From an uncultured bacterium (GTDB lineage: Bacteria > Patescibacteriota > Minisyncoccia > Phycocordibacterales > CAINVO01): a stretch of DNA of 64,000 bases. The notes below the pieces were generated by a model. The model was not told the DNA's origin and did not search any database. It was given only the letters and a program-made list of their open reading frames with translations. Of this stretch, positions 9,446-19,181 are shown in pieces (position 1 is the stretch's first letter; each line of letters starts with the position of its first letter). The stretch lies in contig CAINVO010000021.1 of NCBI GenBank assembly GCA_903854195.1, positions 14,032 through 78,031 on the forward strand, given 5' to 3'. Position numbers and translations under genes: made by a program.

Positions 9446-9477
9446 AAAAAACCCGCTCACATGAGCGGGTTTTTTGT
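9446..9477. terminator. Bidirectional rho-independent terminator between the epimerase gene (+) and hup (-)
   Basis: aaaaaa-CCCGCTCACATGAGCGGG-tttttt. Perfect 7-bp GC-rich stem, with A-run and T-run flanks. Confidence 0.65.
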
Positions 9478-9523
9478 AAGTGGATGAAGTGTCGATGGAC
9501 ACTCCGTGCTGAAATAAACTAAA

Positions 9524-9796
9524 TTATTTTACAGCGTCTTTCAATGCTTTAGCTGCGCGAAACTTTGGTACTCGCATTGCTGCAACTTTGATAGCTTCAC
9601 CTGTTCGAGGATTTCGAGCGGTGCGAGCAGCGCGCTGCTTTGCTGAAAAGATACCAAGGCCTGCGATTGAGACCTCATCTCCTTTCTTTAAGCTGCTAAC
9701 GATACTGTCGATAACAGTGTCCACAACCTGCTCAGCCTGCACTTTTGTGCCACCGAGTATGCCGTGTACTGATTCTACGATTCCTGCTTTGTTCAT
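9524..9796 (-). CDS. hup: HU family DNA-binding protein
   Basis: 'MNKAGIVESV...LKKGDEVSIAGLGIFSAKQRAARTARNPRTGEAIKVAAMRVPKFRAAKALKDAV' is the typical HU/IHF fold sequence. Confidence 0.85.
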   Translation of the reverse strand: MNKAGIVESVHGILGGTKVQAEQVVDTVIDSIVSSLKKGDEVSIAGLGIFSAKQRAARTARNPRTGEAIKVAAMRVPKFRAAKALKDAVK

Positions 9797-9961
9797 AGTG
9801 TTTTTTTTAAAACGATTAATTCGACCGCTACTGTCTTGGTACTAATTATATAATAAGCCATTTTTTGTGCAATAGGCACAAGGGTAAGTATTTGTGTGAT
9901 GACTTTGTGTCAATTTTGTGTTTATACGAGTTTTTTTATTTTATTTATTTGATATTTTTTA

Positions 9962-11515
9962 TTATCTTGCAAATTCTATTGCTCTATTTTCTCGGATAAC
10001 AGTTACTTTTATTTCACCTGGATATTTTAAATCATGCTCTATTTTTAGAGCAATTTCACGGGCTAAATCATGAGCTTGTAAATCAGAAATTTCACTGGGT
10101 CTGACAAATACCCTTATTTCTCGGCCTGCTTGGAGTGCATAAGATTTTTCAATACCTGGAAAACCGTTTGCGATTGCTTCAAGATCCCCAAGTCTTTTTA
10201 GATAGTTTTCAACGCTATCGCTACGAGCTCCAGGACGTCCTCCAGAAATAGCGTCAGCTGTTTGGACGATAATTGATTCAACTGTTTCGTATGGGTACTC
10301 TTCGTGATGTGCCTGCATAGCTTTTATGACTTCTTCACTCGTTCCAAATTTTTGCAGGATTCTTCGTCCGATTTCAACATGACTACCTTGAACTTCATGG
10401 TCTAGAGCCTTACCAATGTCGTGTAAAAGAGCGCCTGCTTTTGCTACAAGTACATTTGCGCCAAGCTCCTCAGCAATCATTCCAGCAAGGTGTGCCATTT
10501 CAACAGAGTGCTGGAGTACATTTTGTCCATAACTTGTTCTAAAATATAAACGTCCAAGAATAGATACAACTCTAGGGTCTAGATTAAGAACACCTGTTTC
10601 ATATACAGCTTGTTCTCCTTTCTCTTTTATTATTTTATTGATTTCATTTTTAGCATTTTCAACTTCCTTTTCTATTTTTGCAGGTTGAATACGTCCATCT
10701 GCAATTAAAGCTTCAAGTGCTACGCGTGCGACTTGTCTTCGTATCGGATCAAAAGATGAAATTGTGATTGATCCGGGTGTGTCATCTACAATAATCTCTA
10801 CCCCAGTTTCACGCTCAAATGCCTTAATGTTTCGGCCTTCTTTTCCAATAATTTTTCCTTTTATTTCATTTGACTCAATAACTATATGGGTTGTAAAAAC
10901 ATCCGCAGTAACTGCATTTGCAAGTCGCTGAATAGATGTAGCTAGAATTTCACGAGCTTTTGTTTCAAGCTTTTCCTCACCGTTCATTTCAAGTTTTTTT
11001 AAACGAATTAAGATATCTTCTTCGTTTTCTTTTTCAACCGTTCGTATAAGTTCATTTTTTGCTTCTTCTGTTGAAAGACCAGCTATTCGTGAAAGCTCCG
11101 TCTTTTTGTCTAACTCCAATTTATCAGCCCTCTCTTTTATTGCCTTTATTTCCTCTATGCGTTGCTTGATTAATTCAACCTCCTTATCTATGTCAGTTTG
11201 TCTATGATCCAAAAGCTCCTCTTTTTTTATAAGGCGGTCTTCTGTTTTCTTTATTTTTTCTTCCTTATCCTTTGATTCTTCTCTGACTGTTTTTAATATT
11301 TCTGCTGCCTGACCCTCGGCATCAAGTGTGATTTTCTTGGCCGTCTCTTTTGCTTCAACTTCCATTTGCTTAACCTCAAGCTCAATAGAACCCTTTTTGC
11401 CGAGCGCTATTATCCAACGAAGCATGTAACCACCGACTAGACCAATACTGCCAGTTAAGGCAATAGTGACTAGTAATATTGTTAATGAAAAAACCATGGC
11501 GATTTGTTCGCTCAA
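9962..11515 (-). CDS. rny: Ribonuclease Y
   Basis: N-terminal TM, a long coiled coil, a KH domain ('IIGKEGRNIKAFERETGVEIIVDD') and an HD domain ('LLHDIGKALDHE'). Confidence 0.85.
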   Translation of the reverse strand: MSEQIAMVFSLTILLVTIALTGSIGLVGGYMLRWIIALGKKGSIELEVKQMEVEAKETAKKITLDAEGQAAEILKTVREESKDKEEKIKKTEDRLIKKEELLDHRQTDIDKEVELIKQRIEEIKAIKERADKLELDKKTELSRIAGLSTEEAKNELIRTVEKENEEDILIRLKKLEMNGEEKLETKAREILATSIQRLANAVTADVFTTHIVIESNEIKGKIIGKEGRNIKAFERETGVEIIVDDTPGSITISSFDPIRRQVARVALEALIADGRIQPAKIEKEVENAKNEINKIIKEKGEQAVYETGVLNLDPRVVSILGRLYFRTSYGQNVLQHSVEMAHLAGMIAEELGANVLVAKAGALLHDIGKALDHEVQGSHVEIGRRILQKFGTSEEVIKAMQAHHEEYPYETVESIIVQTADAISGGRPGARSDSVENYLKRLGDLEAIANGFPGIEKSYALQAGREIRVFVRPSEISDLQAHDLAREIALKIEHDLKYPGEIKVTVIRENRAIEFAR

Positions 11516-11764
11516 TGGACAAAGCTAATTAGCTTGAAAAATTTTAAAAATTGAAACTTTTAGTAACATACTTAACTAAATTTTCTAATCTAACTAATCT
11601 AAGTCTCGCGCCCGACGGATTTTAGGATAAGGAAATCTTTGTTTGCTGTCTTGTAGGGAAAAACGGTATCAATCTTTGCGGTTTGTCTGAATGGGCAGAG
11701 CGGAATAATTAATAAATGATAATAATCCTATCTTACAAGAGATTTTTGATTTTGTAAAGTTAAT

Positions 11765-11803
11765 AAAAAACAGTGAAATGTTTAAAATTTCACTGTTTTT
11801 TGT
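11765..11803. terminator. Rho-independent terminator downstream of clpP (minus strand)
   Basis: aaaaaa-CAGTGAAAT-gtttaaa-ATTTCACTG-tttttt. Perfect 11-bp stem. Confidence 0.6.
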
Positions 11804-11820
11804 CTAATTTGATATGTTTT

Positions 11821-12390
11821 TTATAAAACCTTGTCTATAATTCCGTACTTCTTTGCCTCGTTAGCGTCCATGAAGAAGTTTCTATCAGCATCTTTCTCAA
11901 TCTTAGAAATAGGTTGACCTGTGTTTTTTGAAAGCATTTTATACAGAACTTCTCTTGTTTTTATGATGTGTTTAGCGCTGATTTCTATTTCTGTTGCTTG
12001 ACCCTCAGCTCCACCAAGTGGCTGGTGAATCATTATTTCTGAATTCTCAAGTGCGTATCTCTTTCCTTTTTTGCCTGAGGATAGAATCATTGCACCCATT
12101 GATGCTGCCATGCCTACACATATAGTAGAGACATCGTTTTTTATATGATTCATTGTGTCGATAATGGCCATCCCGGCTGTCACGTGACCGCCGGGGGAGT
12201 TGATATACAAAGAAATATCCTTCTTAGGATCTTCAGACTGTAAAAAAAGTAGCTGAGCAATAACAATGTTTGCTACATTTTCATCTATTGGGCCACCAAG
12301 GAAGATAATATTTTCTCTAAGTAGTCGGGAATAGATATCATAAGCTCGTTCGCCAAATTGTGATTTTTCTATAACGGTTGGAATTAACAT
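11821..12390 (-). CDS. clpP: ATP-dependent Clp protease proteolytic subunit
   Basis: '[55 protein letters not shown]' and '[11 protein letters not shown]' are canonical ClpP motifs. Confidence 0.9.
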   Translation of the reverse strand: MLIPTVIEKSQFGERAYDIYSRLLRENIIFLGGPIDENVANIVIAQLLFLQSEDPKKDISLYINSPGGHVTAGMAIIDTMNHIKNDVSTICVGMAASMGAMILSSGKKGKRYALENSEIMIHQPLGGAEGQATEIEISAKHIIKTREVLYKMLSKNTGQPISKIEKDADRNFFMDANEAKKYGIIDKVL

Positions 12391-12496
12391 ATATTTTAGC
12401 TCAAGGTTGATTAGGTATTAAAGGTATCCTTGATGTGGCCAGTATAGCAAAAATAGGAAATATGCAAAATTTCGCTCGGATGATACCATATGCGTT

Positions 12497-13249
12497 ATGA
12501 AGTTACACAGATTTTATGTTAAAGAAAAGATAAACAAAAATGATGAGCAGTCAGAGTCTTTTTTAGAGAATAGACCTATTTTAAAACTCAGTTCTCCTTG
12601 TTCGACAGACCTTATTCATCAGTGGAAGCACGTTTTTCGGTTTATGACAGGTGCTGAGGTTATATTGTTTGACAACTCTGGTTTTGAGTACCGAGCAGTG
12701 TTTCACAGTTTGAAAGCTAGCGAAGCAGCTCTAGAAATACTTGAGATTTCTGATAAAAGAGATGAAAATAAAAATATTTGGCTCTTTGCTTCTATTATTA
12801 AGAAAGATAATTTTGAATGGATCGTAGAAAAGGCAACAGAGCTCGGTATAAATGGAATAGTTCCAATACTTAGCGATAGAAGTGAAAAGAAATCTTTAAA
12901 TATTGATAGACTAAATAGAATAGTGGTTGAAGCGAGTGAACAGTCTGGAAGAGTGATTTTGCCAGAGCTTAAACCAATTATGAGTCTTGAAGAAGCTTTT
13001 GTTTTTTCTTCAGGTATAAATCTAAAAGAAATCGTATTTGAACCTAAAGGAAAAAATTTCAAAGAAGTTATAAATGAAAAAAATAAGGTAGACAACTTAG
13101 CAATATTTATTGGTCCAGAGGGTGGTTGGACGGAAAGGGAATTAGATTTTTTCCAAACAAAAAACACGCCAATCTTGAGTCTTGGTCAGCAAGTTTTGCG
13201 TGCTGAGACTGCAGTTGTGGCGTGTCTCTCGATAGCTATCTTCTCCTAG
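12497..13249 (+). CDS. rsmE: 16S rRNA (uracil1498-N3)-methyltransferase RsmE family
   Basis: C-terminal 'IFIGPEGGWTERELDFF' (GPEGG.S..E motif) and the N-terminal PUA-like region. Confidence 0.75.
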   Translation: MKLHRFYVKEKINKNDEQSESFLENRPILKLSSPCSTDLIHQWKHVFRFMTGAEVILFDNSGFEYRAVFHSLKASEAALEILEISDKRDENKNIWLFASIIKKDNFEWIVEKATELGINGIVPILSDRSEKKSLNIDRLNRIVVEASEQSGRVILPELKPIMSLEEAFVFSSGINLKEIVFEPKGKNFKEVINEKNKVDNLAIFIGPEGGWTERELDFFQTKNTPILSLGQQVLRAETAVVACLSIAIFS

Positions 13250-13288
13250 TTAATTTTTTGTATTTCAATCCAAATTAGAATCAGGCTT

Positions 13289-14395
13289 TTATTTTTGTGA
13301 TTCTAAAAACTGCCAAACCTTTTCGTTTGTAAGTACAGTTTCGATATATACTGAAGCTCTGAAAGGATCTGCATCTTTGTAGTATGAAAGAAGATGTGAT
13401 ACTTCATTCTTTATTTCCTCCTCAGATGCCTGAATTTTTTCGTTAATAGCAATCTGATTCATCACTAGTTGAATTTTGGCTCTTTTTTCGGCCTCATTTT
13501 TCCACTCAGCTCTTAAATCCTCGTCTGTTTTTTTAGTGTTCTGCATATAAAGTTCTGGGTCCATACCCATTTCTTTTATGTTTGTCTTGAATTGTGAAAC
13601 CATCCGGTCGGTTTCACTCTCAACCAAAATCTTAGGTAAAATAACTTTTGTCCCTTCGATAATTTTTTCAATCGTTAAAACACGTTTTTTATCTTTCTCT
13701 TTTGTATTTTTTTCGGCTGAAATGTTTTCCTTGATAGCTTTCTTAAAATCTTCAATGTTTTCAAACTCACCAAATTTTTTGATAAAAGCTTCGTCAACTT
13801 CAGGAAGAGGTAAGTCCCCATGGTCATGTTCCCCGTGTTCGTTGTTGTCGCCCCCTATTGCCTTTTTGTCGCCATTGTTTTCAGCGTTTTCATGATAATC
13901 ATGATGTGCTATACGTTTTCTAAGTTCTTCTATCGCGTCTTCAGGCTCTTTTTCTGAAACAGATGAAGTTTCATCAGAAGCGTCTGTTTTTTTAGAAATA
14001 ATTTCTTTGGCAATTTCTTTGTAATCTGGGAGTGAAACTTCAGGAACAACAGCAACTGTAATTGTGATTTCTAAAGGATTGTTTGCTGCCAACTTTGATA
14101 TTGAAACCTTTGGTGAACCGATAGGGTTAATTTTGGCTTCAGCTAGGATTGGTCCATATAAGTCTTTTAATGTAAGTTCAGCGGCTTCTTCAAGTAGTGC
14201 TATTTCTCCGATTTTTTCAATTAATATTTTTTCTGGAATGTGTCCTGGGCGAAAACCATCAATTTTAATTTGTTCACCAAGTATTTTTACTGCCTCAGGT
14301 CTATTTTTAGTAAGTTCTTCGGCAATAATTTCAACTTTTATTTCAACTTCTGATTCTGGGAGTACAACTGAGCTTATTATTTTGAATGATGACAT
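13289..14395 (-). CDS. tig: Trigger factor, short form that probably lacks a PPIase domain
   Basis: N-terminal ribosome-binding domain with 'IDGFRPGHIPEKILIEKIG' (the GFRxGxxP signature). Confidence 0.65.
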   Translation of the reverse strand: MSSFKIISSVVLPESEVEIKVEIIAEELTKNRPEAVKILGEQIKIDGFRPGHIPEKILIEKIGEIALLEEAAELTLKDLYGPILAEAKINPIGSPKVSISKLAANNPLEITITVAVVPEVSLPDYKEIAKEIISKKTDASDETSSVSEKEPEDAIEELRKRIAHHDYHENAENNGDKKAIGGDNNEHGEHDHGDLPLPEVDEAFIKKFGEFENIEDFKKAIKENISAEKNTKEKDKKRVLTIEKIIEGTKVILPKILVESETDRMVSQFKTNIKEMGMDPELYMQNTKKTDEDLRAEWKNEAEKRAKIQLVMNQIAINEKIQASEEEIKNEVSHLLSYYKDADPFRASVYIETVLTNEKVWQFLESQK

Positions 14396-14401
14396 GCTTT
14401 T

Positions 14402-14938
14402 TTATTTTGTATCGTTTCCGTATTTTTCTTGATAAAGTTTTACTGACTTTTCAAATGCCTTTTTTGCCGCCTCAGCTCCTTCAATGCTGTGAATGATTAC
14501 AATTTTGTTTTGAATTTTTTTGTATGTAAGGAAGAAGTGATCAATTTCTTTAATTGTGTGAGGATTTATGTCTCCTAAGTCATTTACATTATTCCAACGT
14601 GGATCTTCTACAGGAACAGCGATTATTTTTGCGTCTGATTCGCCGCTGTCTTCCATGTTAATGATTGCAACTGGACGGACGTGAACCATCACTCCTGGAA
14701 AGAGTGGGTAAGTTGTTAAGATTACAATATCAAGAGGATCACCATCATCCCACAATGTCTGTGGTACAAATCCATAATCAAAAGGATAGTCTTGTGCTGT
14801 ATGCATTGCTCTGTCTAATGCAATAAGGCCAGTTTTTTTGTCTACTTCATATTTATTTTTTGATCCTTTGTTTATTTCAACAATGGTTGTAATAACATCA
14901 GCATTTCCTGGTTCAATGTCACGCCAAATATTTGTCAT
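14402..14938 (-). CDS. ppa: Inorganic pyrophosphatase (family I)
   Basis: Matches 'DGDPLDIVILT' and 'AKIIAVPVEDPRW'. Confidence 0.85.
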   Translation of the reverse strand: MTNIWRDIEPGNADVITTIVEINKGSKNKYEVDKKTGLIALDRAMHTAQDYPFDYGFVPQTLWDDGDPLDIVILTTYPLFPGVMVHVRPVAIINMEDSGESDAKIIAVPVEDPRWNNVNDLGDINPHTIKEIDHFFLTYKKIQNKIVIIHSIEGAEAAKKAFEKSVKLYQEKYGNDTK

Positions 14939-14973
14939 ATTTTTCTATTTTAAATTTATAAATTAAGTAAGTC

Positions 14974-16149
14974 CTAATTTTCTGTTTGAGTATTTTCTTC
15001 TGTGTTAGTTGGAGCGGCAATACCACGGATGTCAATTTTCCAACCTGTTAGTTTTGCTGCAAGGCGAACATTCTGGCCACCTTTTCCAATGGCTAGTGAC
15101 TGTTGGTCTTCTGTAACTTCAACAACTGCTGTTTTGTCAGTTTCGTTTATTTTTACAGAGCTAATCTTTGCAGGTGAAAGAGCATCCTCGATAAATTTTG
15201 TAGGATCTTCTGACCATTCGATAATGTCAATTTTTTCACCTCCAAGCTCACTCATAACTGTAGAAACGCGTACTCCGCGTTGCCCAACCATTGATCCAAT
15301 TGGGTCAATGTGTGAATCAACAGAATGAACTGCAATTTTGGAGCGAGCCCCTGCTTCACGAGCAACGGCTTTAATTTCTACGGTTCCAGCTGCAATCTCA
15401 GGAACTTCAGTTTTAAACAACTGAGCTAAGAATTGTGGATGTGCACGGGAAAGTCTAAGAAAAATACCACGTGGTGTTTCTTCTACTCGAGCAAGGTACA
15501 TACGTAGAGTTTCACCTTGTCTGTAATGTTCACCAGGAATTTGCTCTTCAAATGGTAAAATTCCACTTGCGCGTCCCATATCTATGAAAACATTGCCTCT
15601 TTCTGTACGTTGAACACTTCCAGAAACAATATCTCCTTCACGTTTGCCATATTCGGCAAGAACAGAAACTTTCTCAGCTTCACGAATCTTCTGGATGATA
15701 ACTTGTTTAGCTGTTTGAGCAGCAATGCGTCCGTAATCAGCCTTACTTTCCAAGGGAAAAACAAGTTCTTCTCCAAGTTTTACGTCCTTTTTAATTTTTC
15801 TAGCATCTTCTATTAAAATATGATGTTCTGAGTTGAAATGTTCTTTCTCATCGCCTTCAGTAAATTGGTTTTTATTTGGCTCATTTGAATCTTTTTGGTC
15901 AATCTCACCTTCTGCTGGTTCATCCATGATTACGGTTGTTGGATCAACAACGACTTTAACCTGAAAAAGCTCTGCTCCACCTGAGTTTAGGTCAAATTTG
16001 GCACGAATAAATTGCCCACGTTTTCCGTACTCTTTTTTATAGGCAGTAGCTAGGGCCATCTCGATTGCTTCCAAAACTTTTTCACGAGGTATTCCTCTTT
16101 CGTCTTCGAGTTGATCTAGGACTGAATTTATCACTTTTAGGTCGAACAT
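14974..16149 (-). CDS. nusA: Transcription termination/antitermination factor NusA
   Basis: S1 domain plus tandem KH domains ('IGKGGQNVRLAAKLTGWKIDI'). Confidence 0.85.
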   Translation of the reverse strand: MFDLKVINSVLDQLEDERGIPREKVLEAIEMALATAYKKEYGKRGQFIRAKFDLNSGGAELFQVKVVVDPTTVIMDEPAEGEIDQKDSNEPNKNQFTEGDEKEHFNSEHHILIEDARKIKKDVKLGEELVFPLESKADYGRIAAQTAKQVIIQKIREAEKVSVLAEYGKREGDIVSGSVQRTERGNVFIDMGRASGILPFEEQIPGEHYRQGETLRMYLARVEETPRGIFLRLSRAHPQFLAQLFKTEVPEIAAGTVEIKAVAREAGARSKIAVHSVDSHIDPIGSMVGQRGVRVSTVMSELGGEKIDIIEWSEDPTKFIEDALSPAKISSVKINETDKTAVVEVTEDQQSLAIGKGGQNVRLAAKLTGWKIDIRGIAAPTNTEENTQTEN

Positions 16150-16374
16150 TTTTGTATTTTTGTTTGTTTTTGCCTGTTTTTTGATGATAAAAGCCTTAAT
16201 TTAAGGCCTTTATTCAAAAAAGGGCGGTTCTTATAAAAAAACGAGTCCGCCTTGCGGGCGAACAGGTAACTTACCAACATATTATATATGAAATGTGAGA
16301 AATGTCAAAAAAACATGTACCATATTATAGGTATAAAAGGGTAGTGTTTTTCCGTAAAATTTGATTTTTTACTA

Positions 16375-16412
16375 TTAAAAACCCCCGAGTGCCGCAAAAG
16401 GCATTCGGGGGT
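16375..16412 (-). terminator. Rho-independent terminator immediately after the stop of the 16423..17256 gene
   Basis: CCCCCGAGTGCC-gcaaaa-GGCATTCGGGGG (12-bp stem with one G.U pair), followed on the minus strand by a T-run. Confidence 0.55.
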
Positions 16413-16422
16413 TTGATCTTTT

Positions 16423-17256
16423 TCAAGATATTTGGGCTTGATTTAAAGCCATTTTCTTACCATTTTGTTTGAGAAGTAAGTTTCCGACTGTTCCAACAGC
16501 TTTTTTCCCTCCAATTATGGTAATGGGCAATTTTTTCTCGAATTTTAAACCATCTTCTCGAAAAAACCGCACATGACTTCTTTGTTCCTGTATTTTCCAT
16601 CCATCATTGCCGAAAACCTCTTTGAGGGCATTGGTATTTCTTGTTTCAGGGGATGGGGAACGTAACTTTTTTAAAAAACTTCTATTCAGGTAGAGGACTA
16701 CTCTATCTTTGTAGTGCCTAATTTTCCTATCAGCATGCACTTTTACATCACCAGTCCTTTGTAAATCAGGGAATTCTGCACTTGTAGCTAGGTGGTGCAT
16801 CAACTTTACATCAATAACATAAACATACTGCAGCTCTCGTGCAACAATAGTTCTCCTCCCTAATGTGTCTAGTTTGCGACTAGAAAGCTTGGAGGATGCA
16901 TGGTGCTTTTTGGTCTTACCGTTGATGGCTATATAAAATACTAGGCAATAAAAAGCATGTTTTGGGTCAACCACAAAACCAAAATCTTCTACATTCTTTT
17001 TTGTGGTCTCTATTTGTTTGGCTGTTGGCCTTGAAGCGTGTCTGCCGTTGCACATTTTAACTTGCAGGGCTAAATTCGAACCTTCAATGTAAACATCAGC
17101 AAAATCCCTATAATTTTCATCTTGAGATACAACCTCACCACCAAATAAATGGGCTGTGAGATCTTCTCCAAACATGTATACAGGAATAATTACTCTATCT
17201 GCCGCCGCACAAAAGTATCCACTTTTAGAGTTTTTTCCGGTTCTTTTGTTCATCAA
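16423..17256 (-). CDS. Hypothetical protein (277 aa), possibly a PD-(D/E)xK-fold nuclease
   Basis: Strong SD (AAGGAGG, 9 nt upstream) and its own terminator. Weak motif 'ADVYIEGSNLALQVK' preceded by 'GGEVV' resembles the Hjc-type D...(E/Q)VK arrangement. No confident family assignment. Confidence 0.4.
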   Translation of the reverse strand: MMNKRTGKNSKSGYFCAAADRVIIPVYMFGEDLTAHLFGGEVVSQDENYRDFADVYIEGSNLALQVKMCNGRHASRPTAKQIETTKKNVEDFGFVVDPKHAFYCLVFYIAINGKTKKHHASSKLSSRKLDTLGRRTIVARELQYVYVIDVKLMHHLATSAEFPDLQRTGDVKVHADRKIRHYKDRVVLYLNRSFLKKLRSPSPETRNTNALKEVFGNDGWKIQEQRSHVRFFREDGLKFEKKLPITIIGGKKAVGTVGNLLLKQNGKKMALNQAQIS

Positions 17257-17359
17257 AAAACACCTCCTTTTTATTTGAAAATTTCTTGCCGAAGTATATC
17301 CCTTAATTGTTTTATTGTCATTATAAATTTGCTACAATATAGTTAGTAATATTCTATTT

Positions 17360-19150
17360 ATGCACATCGAAGAAAAACAATTAAAAGATTTTATTTTTGA
17401 TTCAGGTTTAGTTAGTCGTGACGATTTAGATGCTGCTCAAGGTGAAGCTATGAAAAGGGGACATTCTTTGGCAGATATATTAGTAAGTTCTGGAAAAATG
17501 TCAGAGGACGATTTGAGACGTACCCAAGCATATCTTTTGGGTATTCCTTTTGTTGGCCTTAAAAATCAAAAACTTGATTTTGCTGTTTTGTCACTTATTC
17601 CTGAACCTATTGCGAGGACTCATAATATAGTTGCTTTTAAAAAGAACGATGATTCCTTGGAGGTTGCCATGTTGGACACTGAGGACTTGAGTGCTATTGA
17701 TTTTATAAAAAAGAAGACTGGCTTAAAGATTTTGGCCCGGCTAACTGACACTGATTCAATAAAATCTGCACTTCTCCATTATCAAAAAAGTTTAAAAGCT
17801 GACTTCGGAGATATTATTCAGAAGGAGTCGTCAGTAATAAAAACAGTTGGCAATATTTCTATTGAGGACACTACAAACCCTGATGATTTGAAAAGAATAG
17901 CTGAAGACTTACCTGTTGTTCGTATTGTAGATACTCTTTTAAAACACGCAGTTCTCCAGGAGGCTTCAGATATTCATATTGAACAGATGGAAAATGAGGT
18001 TATAGTTAGATATCGTATTGATGGCGTGCTTCGAGATGCCATGATTTTGCCTAAAGCAGCAGGTGCCGGAATTACTGCAAGATTAAAGGTACTTTCTAGT
18101 TTGAAACTTGATGAAAAACGATTACCTCAGGATGGAAGATTCAAGATTGGATTAAACGGTGAGAATATATCTTTTCGTGTATCAACAATGCCAACTTATT
18201 TTGGAGAAAAAACGGTGATGCGCCTCCTTCGTGAAAATGTTTCTGGTTTTACCTTAGAAGGTTTGGGTTTTCATGGTGAGGGGCTTGAAATTTTGCACAA
18301 AGCTTCAAAGCTTACAACGGGGATGATTCTGACAACTGGCCCAACAGGTTCAGGAAAGACAACAACGCTTTATACTGTTCTAGATATTTTAAATACCCCA
18401 GGTGTGAATATTTCGACTATAGAAGACCCTGTTGAGTACCAGATGAAACGAATAAATCAAACTCAGGTTAAACCCGAAATTGGTTTTACATTTTCTACAG
18501 GACTAAGATCTTTGGTTAGACAAGATCCAGATATCATTATGGTTGGGGAAATTCGAGACAATGAAACAGCATCACTGGCTATTAATGCTGCTCTTACAGG
18601 TCACCTTGTGCTATCAACTCTTCATACAAACTCAGCGGCTGGTGCAATTCCAAGACTTATTGATATGAAATGTGAACCTTTTCTGATCTGCTCTACTGTA
18701 AACGTTATTATTGCTCAGAGATTAGTTAGAAAACTTGTTGGAACAAAAGAAAAGTATTTTTTAAAGAAAGATGAGATTATTTCTTTGGGCAAAAAAGCTA
18801 ATCTAGATAGGGTTTTAAAATCCTTGAAAGATGAAAGTATTGTTGCCCCTGATGCGGATTGGTCAAATATTTCTTTTTATAAATACAAAAATAATAATTA
18901 TGGATCGTCTTCTCCAAGTACGAATTCACCAACTGGAATCGAGGATGGGTTTGCTGGCCGGGTAGGAATATATGAGGTGCTTAAAGTTTCACCAGCTATT
19001 AAAGATTTAATAATAAAAGGTTCAAGTTCTGATGAGATAGAAAAGCAGGCAAGATTGGAAGGAATGATGACAATTCTTGAAGATGGAATATTCCATTGTG
19101 TGAAGGGTGTAACAACAATCGAAGAGGTTTTGAGGGTTGTTTCAGAGTAG
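17360..19150 (+). CDS. pilB: Type IV pilus assembly ATPase PilB / GspE family
   Basis: Two N-terminal GSPII_E_N-like domains, Walker A 'GPTGSGKTTTLY', Asp box and His box. Confidence 0.85.
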   Translation: MHIEEKQLKDFIFDSGLVSRDDLDAAQGEAMKRGHSLADILVSSGKMSEDDLRRTQAYLLGIPFVGLKNQKLDFAVLSLIPEPIARTHNIVAFKKNDDSLEVAMLDTEDLSAIDFIKKKTGLKILARLTDTDSIKSALLHYQKSLKADFGDIIQKESSVIKTVGNISIEDTTNPDDLKRIAEDLPVVRIVDTLLKHAVLQEASDIHIEQMENEVIVRYRIDGVLRDAMILPKAAGAGITARLKVLSSLKLDEKRLPQDGRFKIGLNGENISFRVSTMPTYFGEKTVMRLLRENVSGFTLEGLGFHGEGLEILHKASKLTTGMILTTGPTGSGKTTTLYTVLDILNTPGVNISTIEDPVEYQMKRINQTQVKPEIGFTFSTGLRSLVRQDPDIIMVGEIRDNETASLAINAALTGHLVLSTLHTNSAAGAIPRLIDMKCEPFLICSTVNVIIAQRLVRKLVGTKEKYFLKKDEIISLGKKANLDRVLKSLKDESIVAPDADWSNISFYKYKNNNYGSSSPSTNSPTGIEDGFAGRVGIYEVLKVSPAIKDLIIKGSSSDEIEKQARLEGMMTILEDGIFHCVKGVTTIEEVLRVVSE

Positions 19151-19181
19151 AGTTGTATCATTTAAATTAAGCTAATATTTC

